Shown here piece after piece: positions 54,300-64,000 of a stretch of 64,000 nucleotides of DNA (position 1 is the first letter of the stretch; each line of letters begins with the position of its first letter). The translations under genes were made by a program, and so were the position numbers. Source of the DNA: Tubiluchus corallicola (Eukaryota > Animalia > Priapulida); the NCBI GenBank assembly GCA_030141605.1, contig JAQGDQ010000016.1:436282-500281 (forward strand), written 5' to 3'. A model generated the notes under the pieces. It had not been told where the DNA came from and made no database searches. It saw nothing but the letters and a program-made list of their open reading frames with translations.

Positions 54300-54700
54300 A
54301 TGCTGTCACCAATCCTCTATGGAAAGCTAATGTGCATGTTAAATAATACGAGTTCCAGGCCAGTGTTAAACCTCGATCATATCGTGCCTACTTGCATACT
54401 GAAACTCCTTAGAATTTAGATTTTAAACATACAAATGTCGCCATCATCAATGCGTTAATTTATGTACAATTAGTTCTGCAAAATAAAATTATTGTAACTA
54501 CTTCTCTAATGGTAGTCCTGAGGTTTGTGTTAAAGTTCTTCTAATTTTCTTGAAGGTTGCTAGTTAACAAAGCAGCAATTTTCTGCAGCGAGTTCCATAG
54601 ATGGGCAGCCAGAAAGAATTTAAATTTATAAACTACCGTTCTGCAAATTCATGTTGATATTTAATTTACACCTAAGAGATGTCCTAATCATCAGAAATAC
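54300..54700 (-). mobile_element. L2-like LINE 3' remnant
   Basis: Minus strand reads FFLAAHLWNSLQKIAA (LWNSLP-type end motif), followed by an AT-rich UTR. Confidence 0.45.
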
Positions 54701-54719
54701 TGAAAACCTAGTAAAGTCC

Positions 54720-54835
54720 AGCAAGTGTACGCCGCGCTAGACAGAGCACAGGTGGCTTATTTTCACATAAGTTCTTTGGTGTGACCTGCACGGTATCAAT
54801 CCCGTAACCTTCTAGACGGAGAGACAAACCTAAAT
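54720..54835 (-). mobile_element. Possible tRNA-derived SINE remnant
   Basis: Minus strand aggttacgggattgataccg resembles a decayed B box, followed by gtcacaccaaaga. Confidence 0.3.
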
Positions 54836-55324
54836 ACTCTAGGGAGGCGCATCGCTTTCGTTATAGTCATTTGAAGAGAAAGTAACATATGTTGAGCGTG
54901 AATTGAATCTACGAATTGGTATGCGCTCGGACAAACTAAGGCTAAGTGAACGCGTAAACAAAAAGTGTAAAACGACTCTCACGTTCTCCTTCTAGAGTGT
55001 AACTCATGGTGGTTTTTCAGTGCTTGTCGACTCATCCAACATATCTGAGACTGAATAAGATTTATTGATCAAAAATACGCGTAATCGATACCATATTTGG
55101 CACCTTCTAGCCACGAAGCTCTAGATGTGGGTGAGAGAATGGAATTTCTACAGCGGTTAAGCTAAACAAATACAACAGATTAAATCATCTCGGTTCGATC
55201 AAGTTTAAGGCGGAACGTCAAGCTATGCCCTGGAAAGTTATAATCAAGGAAATTATTTGCATTGAGAGGACGTACATTTGCTCTCGCTATATGAAGGCAC
55301 ACTAGAATTGCATCCCCGCCTCCT

Positions 55325-55690
<366 letters not shown>

Positions 55691-57989
55691 TTTTTTACAT
55701 TCCTTCTTTTTATTATTTACACCGTCACCAGGGAGCAATCATTAATAAAGTTAAGTTATTTTACTGAAACTTCACAACGGACACTGATGCCATTCATGCC
55801 AATGAGCCACAAGCAGCAATCAATGCTGAAGCAATCAGTCTACTACCACATACTTTTCACCGAGTTAGCAGCCAAGTGTTGTTTTTTTCGATTTTCAGCC
55901 TAGAATCATTTTCTTCGTGTAATTCCACTGACACAAGGACTTAAACTTCGATTATTTACTACGACAAGAACAAGGTTTTCTGGATCTAAATCACTGAATC
56001 TAGCTATTGATTGGAATCAGACTTTTCTAAAGCAGGGTTTGAATTTGAAAGATGTATGTTCTCGCTGTTACAAGGATAAACTTCGGTTTAACAAGCTGTG
56101 TAATAGGCTTAATGCCACACATTTTCTCCTAGAGGCTCAAAATCGAAGCTTATCTCTGTCTGCATCCTGAGCTCGACACTTTGTGGAATGCTCACGGAAT
56201 ATTGACCATTGGTGTGTGTTTTACATAAAAAATATTTTTTATTCCTTAAACATTTCTTAATTAGATCACAGTGCTACTATTGAAATGCGGGTCACTAAAG
56301 TTAGTTTTCTGTTTAGCTAGACGTTGAAACTTATCTTAATCACTACAGATTTTCTGTTTTTTAATTGATCCGGAAAATAACGACATCCAAATTCATGTGC
56401 CAGCTTATAAGCAAAATAGAAAGTATAGTAAGTCTTTATAATAAATTGCAATGAATTAAAACGAAATTAAGTCAAGAAATTAAATTTGTTTATTGTTTTC
56501 GTTTTTGGTGTTTTTTGCTTCCTAGTTGTTTCCATAGCCTTTACTGTATTTTTATTGCCTAGCCTTGGGCCAGGTTGGTAACTCATTAATGATTATTAAT
56601 CACGCCAGGTCAAGATGGCGAAGACTGACGGCAACACATTATTAGCAGTAGCAATTACGAAGCATGTGTGTGTTGTGCTTATTAATGCTTACAAACGCCC
56701 GGCAGTTATAAAGTTTCGTGTGCTTCATTCACGTACCACAGTTAGCCGCATTAACAATCAACAAATGCAAAACTTGCGCATTTACTAGATACTTTTTTGT
56801 TTAATCTAATCGGTGCCCTGATTAGATCTGTTTTCACTTCATACAGTATTTTAACACAATAAACAAAAAAATCTTTGTGAATATCACGTTTATTTAAGCT
56901 AACTTCAAAAATGGATACCTCAAACATTAACATTTAACCAAACTACTCTATAATTATTACCACTACCCCTGTACATCATTTCACATTACATTAAAGGATA
57001 TTGGATTTTTGATTACTTTAGTATTAACTTTCGCCAGCTTCTCAGAGCATATTTCACAGAGAAATTCTTTATTCAAAATCAGGACGTTTCCCAGATCATT
57101 CTGCTTACTAACCTGTGAGATAATACGCCATAATCAATAGACAGTTGCAGTTATAGATGAACTAATGAACTATTTATTGATTCTAGGATATTATCTTATA
57201 GTCTGGTAAAGCAGAAAAATCTGCTTTTAGATAGCAGTTTTCAATCAATTTAGTCCTACAGTCACTGTTGTCAATTCTTTTTAAGGTCCTTTGATCGGTA
57301 AGCTCCGCAACATGGGTTTTACGCCATCTCTGTTTCATAGACTTGGATGCTCTGATTTCGTTATCATGTAAGCGTGCGCAATTATTATAATAGCTTTCTA
57401 TTAGTTAAAAGTTTAACAAAAATTCATAACGAGGTTTTTAATCTACGAAAATATCCCCCTGGATTACCGCAGATACATCCAGTTAACCGAATATAATTAG
57501 TTTATAAACGTTGTGGTTTGTGCCATCTAGAGCCCTTTCTCTTGTTTGTTGTACACATTTTGGCTTCGCCGTCCGAATTCGCGCCGACCATGAGAGTTAT
57601 CAGACCGGATACTTACGGATCCGGCCAAATTGGTAAACAGACTTCGTATTTGTACAGTCGGACACGATTAGTTATAGAGCGTGGAAAAGAAAACTCGAAA
57701 TATTTTCCGTTCTGCATTCCCGGAGTGTTATTGAGAACTGTATATGATGCCCTACTGACTTTTATCAACATGTTCCTCACATATGTTGATTCGCCAAAGC
57801 TTTATGCGTGAATTCCGCCGAAGCTACTCAAAGACTAAAAAATTTCAGTGTATTTAGAGCTCCAGTTTACTTAAAATTGAATTTACAGGTTTACACAAAC
57901 AAGTTTTAATTTCCGCGGCCATACTGTAGTTAACATCATAAACAAGAAATTAAAGAAAAACTGCTTCAAAGGCTTTTATACGGTGCAAT

Positions 57990-58410
57990 AACATAAATTA
58001 TTAAAGACATTTGAACGTTTCGACGTTTAATAAAGCGTTTTTAATTTTATGTTTATGACATTTACACAATAAAGTGTATAGGAAATAAACATGTGAACAA
58101 CTGGACAGTAGTCAATCAATTAAGCGCTGAATGATTTATTGGAAGTGGAAGAATTTATGAAGCATTTTGATGGATTCAGTAATTTTAGTACACTAGAGTC
58201 TATTCCGTCAGTAAGTAAAAATCCGACCTCTAGCTACGGGAACAGAGTTGTAATGAGCAAGCATGTGCTCAACTTTAGTCGTACAGCGATACTCCTATCC
58301 ACTAGTATCACAGTCATTTATATGCTTGATCATATGAATTTTTCTCTTGGAATTAGGTGGCCCATTTGTAGCAAGATGATTTCTTGTAGTAGTTCTTCAA
58401 CCGCAACTAT
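57990..58410 (-). mobile_element. Decayed Penelope-like element 3' fragment (GIY-YIG region)
   Basis: Minus strand across frames gives TTRNHLATNGPP...HINDCD...RSIAVRLK..EH...KITESIKM, following the pattern C.DC...RS...RLKEH...R...ES..I. An AT-rich UTR and a CGAAACG motif near 58015 follow. Confidence 0.45.
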
Positions 58411-60165
58411 GGAGTAATTGTTCCATTCCGACTGTCTGTGTCTGTGTGCGTCCGTCTGTCTATGAATTGTCGTCAAGCTTGACCACTAAAACGTAGAAGT
58501 CGTTTTACAAGTATAACGTAAACTTGAATGTTTGGATTTTGTAAACAATGGGCGCATAATGGCCACACTAGACGTTCAAGCTTGGCTTATGTCATCTGTA
58601 CCATGCAAAATGCACATGTGTTTTTTTATCTAGTGTATATAGACAAATTTCTGGCTTTCCAATGGTAACACTACCTTTCACTTTATTTAGCCCTGCAGGC
58701 GCAAAATCGGGTTCACAGATTTTGCAGTGGTCGTATGTCCAGTGTGAAGTACTTCCTCGCGTTGCAGTTCTTGTTCTTGTTGTGCACACTTCATAAAAAG
58801 TAATAGGGCTTCGCAATGAGCGATCGGTACACAAACAGATCTGGCAGACTTTCTCGTTGGAAACTACCGACACAGTGACAGAAAGCTTTTCACAATTTTC
58901 CCTCTTTGGGTGGAACTCTTAGGGGTAACCCCCAAAAATTTCCTCTCTAAAAATCTACTCACCAAGTGCTAATCTCCTCCATTTCTATTCCCCAAGTACT
59001 TCTCTCTACCATTTTTTCGTGGAATTCAATGCGACTTTCGATGCTGACCCAGATGTTACGCATGGATACCAAGAGCACGACGGAGCCGAATTCCAATTTC
59101 CCCCAAGGAGGGTTTTGGACGGGGTAATGGTCGGTGCATGTACCGTGGACAAATTGATTATTATTAGATCAATTGACAAGGATGCGCAATAAAACATTGT
59201 TCGTATAACAAGCAGATTGGAAGCCATATATGGACTGCTCGTTGGTGATTTCTCATTTGACCTTGGATGATATTTGAACTGCACATTTGAACATTAAAAT
59301 GACGAATTTTATATGTATTATAGCTCAAAGGGAAGGATAGATTCCATTATTTCCGTACTGAACGTTTTCCAGTTGAACTGGTACCATTGCAAAGAGTAGG
59401 ATATGAAGAAAATTTTTTATTATAAGCACAGTTAGTTAGAACTGTACAGTTGCAGCCCTGAAAAAATTAATATCTACTTTTTCCAACATGTGAACGGCAG
59501 TGGCCAATGTGTACCATAAACCCGTGGCGTTTAAAAAAACATAGAACAACTTATATTTCTGCGCCTATTTACTTAAACTAGTATGAAATCACGATTAAGG
59601 CGTCATACCAGATATGTTTAATAAAGGGGAAGAAAAGGGAATTTTAAACATATCTGTACAGCATGTGATACAGAATTCCAAGACCATTTTTTAATGTTTG
59701 TTTATGAAGAGCGTTTTCTTTTCTTTTAACTTCGAAAACAATAATTATAGTAGTTATAGTAATTAAACAACAATATTTTAATACAGCCTTTAGCAAGGCC
59801 GTGTAGTTTAATTTACGGTTTAATCTAGTTGTTTGCGATGCTCCATGCAGCGTGTAATTTACCAGTCAACAAATTTTCCCTGACCCAAGTCAATAAGTTT
59901 ACCAACACAACACGTATGCCTAGATTTTGCCGTTTTCGTTTGCCGTCGATTTGTTTAATCTTTGAAAATGTTAACTACGTCTTCAAGAGTACAGGAATTA
60001 TTATTGGCACTGCTGTTGTCCCGTTTAAGAAAACCATTAAAAAGTCTTTGACAGTTATTCCCTTGAGGTGACAATAAAAACAACGCGTCTTTTACCGAAA
60101 CAAAGAAATTAGACGGAGAGAAGCTGGGTGCTCATAGCTTAGAACTTACTGTACAAACCTTGACC

Positions 60166-60237
<72 letters not shown>
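60166..60237. repeat. (TTA)n microsatellite
   Basis: Perfect triplet run. Confidence 0.98.
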
Positions 60238-60459
60238 GAGGTTGCAAAACTTCCCCAACCTATAATTGCTTCCTTAGCTGTTTGGCGCCTAATCTTCACT
60301 GAATTGCACAAAAATATATAATAATCTTAATTTGCCATTAAAATACATTGCTAATCACTAAAAAAAGAATTTACAGAAATGATCGAGTTGATCGATCAGT
60401 GTTTGTCTAACAATGTCAAAATCTTTTGTTAAATTTGCTTTAGACAAATTATTATTTAT

Positions 60460-61150
60460 GACTAACCTAAACCTTTATTTGATGAAGGTTTCAGCACATT
60501 AGTGGTTTCATCAGGGATCTAAAATTAATCAATATATAATTGACTATACAGTATTTTTATATTAAAACTACATTGCGAATTCATGAAACTATAGCCAGGC
60601 TTACTGCCAGAAATTCCGATTCGTATTTATTATTATTAACCTGAAATAATGCGTTTTTGTTATTTACAGGGAGTTTCTCGAAGATTGGTTAATTGCAGCT
60701 AGAAAAACCATAAATTTAATTATAGCTTTACTTTAACATAGTCTAAGGTAACTTAACTAGTGTGCACACAAACCAATGAGAAAAGAGACGTATTCAGGGT
60801 TCTACGTCACGGCTATTTCGCGAAGATTATTATTTCAGGACACTTTTATACCTGTAGATCTAGTCAAACAAGCATTTAGAGACCATTTTACGGTTGTTAG
60901 TAACAGAGAAAAAAAGTTAATAGGGTGTAAAGCTGATTGTATCAAGTAAACTCAGCGACACAAATAGCGTTCACATGGCTTCGAATACATATAGACTACA
61001 GTTATACTTCTTTACTGTATGTAAAAATATATGTAGAAATTAACGATTCATTACGATCGGAAACGCTCTTTCCAACACTTGCCATTACTATAACACGTTT
61101 GTTTAAAACCTACTGTAAACTTTTACAATATATAAGGACACCGTACATCC
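60460..61150 (-). mobile_element. Decayed Penelope-like element 3' fragment with a hammerhead-like terminus
   Basis: Minus strand gives VVYMYSKPCERY (GIY-YIG-like) and KPGYSFMNSQCSFNIKILY (KP.LN.Q..S..LKLF-type end), followed by CTGATGA...GAAAC...AATAAA. Confidence 0.5.
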
Positions 61151-61280
61151 ATTCACAAATTTAACATCAAATTCTTTACTCTAGCTCAAAAAATAGTACA
61201 CATTTAGTTATTGTTAAATAGGGCTAATAGTAATGGAGTAACCTTTACTTGTCAATGGGTAAATATTAAAATTTAAAAAG

Positions 61281-61505
61281 TTATGATAACTTATCTGATA
61301 GGCAAGAAATATGCAGCGTAGATATTCTTTGCGACATGAGCTGACGGAACGATAAGGCTTCACCATCAGTCAGGCGAGAACCACTAGGCCGAGATACTAG
61401 CAGGATGAACATCTTTGGGCCAGTAACAGTGAGCCTGAATGCGCCCTCCAACTGATCCAAGTGACTAATATGGAGAAATACCGTACAGAAAACACCTACA
61501 AACAT
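61281..61505 (-). mobile_element. Possible LINE endonuclease remnant
   Basis: FVGVF...LDQLE...FILL...FRQLMSQ loosely follows the CR1/L2 APE pattern, but the catalytic motifs are lost. Confidence 0.25.
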
Positions 61506-63049
61506 TTTGCAGTTGCATTAGCATTTTTAACGCTCCATATTGTTATTTTTTGAGAAATTTAGTTGTTTATTAATTTTGTACTTTATTTACAAGCCCGTAA
61601 ATTAAAACAAAAAAACATTGCTCCCCATAGGTTAACATTTACATATTAACGGAAGGCAATATATCCTGTCCTGGCGTGAAATATCACCCCAATAAACAAC
61701 TGTTTATTTGCGCTAATTACAATCAGTAATTTTCTCTTTATAAATTTTATGACGAACGTAGTTCTTCTATCCATGAAAAAATGCTAATTAGTTTCCCCTC
61801 GCACTAGTATTCTCGCACAAAGCAAAACTAATGGAAATAATTACACTACTTATTATGTATAAAGTTAAATCTAAGTGGTGTGGAAATTATTAAAAGTGCA
61901 TTAGCTTTACCTAATGCCGCTTATTCAGTCAATTAGTTTGTCATACCTGAACACAGTGTTATTCGGATCGCATAAGAAATTGCAGGCAAGTAATAGAGGT
62001 ATTAGTAAAGTAATTATCGCGTCAGGGTAATGGAACGCAATAATATAAAACGTTTTATATGTTGTATCAACACAGCGATTTGCGGTTAACTGACAAACAC
62101 AAAATGGCAAAAAAAGATTTTCACAAGCTTGGTAGGGTTTCAGCTTACACGAAAACATGCTTAGGTATGATTTATAGCACGACGTACAGGCTTGATTTAT
62201 GAAATTTTAGTATCGAGTTTGTCCGAGACTGGAGTACTACAAAGAAACCAGTGCAACCAATTCTCAAAATTGTTTTCAATGAAAATTTTAATCTTTCTGT
62301 AATTTGTTACGGTCGCGATTCATTAGTCATTTTCGGTTTCTACCACAGTTCAAAGTATGTATCCTTCAATAAAAATGAAAATCTAATGTTCCCCTTTAAT
62401 AAAAATGAAAATTTAAAGCAAAATAACGTTAAAATGTCTTGCTTTACTTCTCAAGTAAGTTATATCATTTCATGTACTTGCGCTATCAGTATTGCAATAC
62501 TTCTCAGTAAATGAAATTGGAGACAATTTTTATTGGCATTACTGTTGCTGCTGCAGTTGCTTACTACTGTTGGTGGTAGTGATGGCCTGTACACGTTGTG
62601 AAAATTATATTTGATTCCTCGAAAACATACGATACTATCTTTTTGAGTATTGGCGCATTTAGCTTTAACAAATTCAACCATACATTTCGCATTACTATAT
62701 CAAAAATTACGCTTAAGCTAAAAAAAGTTTTATTTGTATTTTGAGTTATTAACAAGGCTAACAACATATGTTTGCTTCTGCAGATTTACTTTTACTATAA
62801 AGTGCCTATAAAGTTATATAATGTACTATAAAGTAACTTCATAGTTAAAAAAATTGCACCGTGTTACAATACTGAAAACAAAACATGTAATTCTTATTCT
62901 AAATTGCATAGTCTGAGACTGCAATAGTACCATGATGACTACTAACTCAATAAAATAACAGTGTGTAAGGGTTTCAATCACGGCAACGGAGAAGTCGTAT
63001 ATATTTAGTAATTTCGATGTCTAATTTTGCTCTGTCAAGGAGGTTGCAA

Positions 63050-63960
63050 GTAGTTTTGCAGGTCGACGCAAAATCTGTCGTCATTTCGCTCTATTGTGTG
63101 CGAAAAACTCAACAACATTGAGTATGTGAAAGGGTTGATGCGCATCGTACTCTCTTGGAGACTTTTTGCGTATTTCCACAATCACCAGTACCTGGTTCGT
63201 CACGGTGTATTATTCTCCACCATACAGAGCAATCTTGAAATTTCCATTTTGAAAGATTATGAAGTATTTGAGATTCAGCTGTGAGGTTGTGGCTGACTGA
63301 GCCATGTTTAAGGCGTGGGTTCGGTACCCTGGGTGGTATTATTCATATATACAGGCCCCGGTCGTTTGACTCGTACAGGGAGATGTATATAGATCCGAAA
63401 ATAACTGAGACACCTCTGTCAGTCCAGTGGCGCCTCTTAGAGGGTATCTTTGATAATAAGTCAGGATCTGGTTACGTTACAAACATCTCCTTAAGTAGGC
63501 CCTGACTTTGTGTACTTAACAGCGTGCAGTGGACCGAAATGTACAAAAATAATGGTTAGTGACCTCTATCTTTGTTAATTTAGCGAAGTAGTTTTGGACC
63601 TTGGAGACCAGCAAGAAGACGTCATCTAAGAGCTCTCTCCTGTGCAAGGGATTATGGGTATTTATTTCTTCATCATTGGCTGAAGGCTCTCCTGTTGACG
63701 AGCTGGCTTAGTTGACACTTCGCAGCAGATAGAATAAGACGAATTAAATTACGTCAATTCCTGGTGGATTTCGTATCTTTCATCTGCACCATGGGGCGAA
63801 TGAATGAGATTCTTGCAGGAGAAACGACATTTTTCAAGAAGAGCAGACATTCACGACTACGCCGAATTGCTTTCTCCTCCTTTAAGAAAGCGCGGAGGCG
63901 ACGGTGGATAATTTCCGGTAGTGAAGTGATCTTGGTCACTGAATCGTCTCTTTGATTCTC
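63050..63960 (-). mobile_element. Possible Penelope-like element N-terminal ORF remnant
   Basis: Locally GC-richer sequence. Minus strand RRLRAFLKEEKAIRRSRECLLFL and, downstream, ILHNLSKWKF resemble the region upstream of the RT in Penelope-like elements (R..E.....FL..C; V.NLS). Many stops. Confidence 0.35.
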
Positions 63961-64000
63961 TTTGTTACGTATTATTCTATTAGAGGTAACTCAAAATATT

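Noticed and set aside
56560-56620. gggccaggttggta resembling part of 5S rRNA
   Set aside because: The match is too short and the rest of the 5S sequence is absent.
56750-57350. Possible hAT transposase remnant on the minus strand
   Set aside because: Only a vague resemblance to a QG.YD-type motif amid many stops; not supportable by eye.

Overview
AT-rich eukaryotic DNA, probably from an invertebrate animal, that looks intronic or intergenic. I cannot support any intact host protein-coding gene, rRNA, tRNA or CRISPR array; most ORFs in the track are microsatellite translations. The window is dense in mobile-element remains. Five elements have both ends and a target-site duplication (TSD) visible: (1) an internally deleted THAP/P-superfamily transposon with perfect 63-bp terminal inverted repeats (TIRs), inserted in a (CA)n tract (25512-27749); (2) an internally deleted pogo-type element with a TA TSD (14168-15138); (3) an Academ-like foldback element with long modular arms and a CXC-domain relic (7286-8469); (4) a non-coding LTR retroelement with a tRNA-Leu primer site, 5-bp TSD and asymmetric LTRs (48259-49891); (5) a MULE-like foldback nested in another foldback (52594-53680). 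Also present are many decayed LINE fragments (CR1/L2, RTE, and a 2-kb RTE-X-like RT), Penelope-like GIY-YIG fragments with a hammerhead-ribozyme-like relic, a hierarchically built minisatellite and many microsatellites. All family assignments come from motif recognition by eye and have not been checked against any database.
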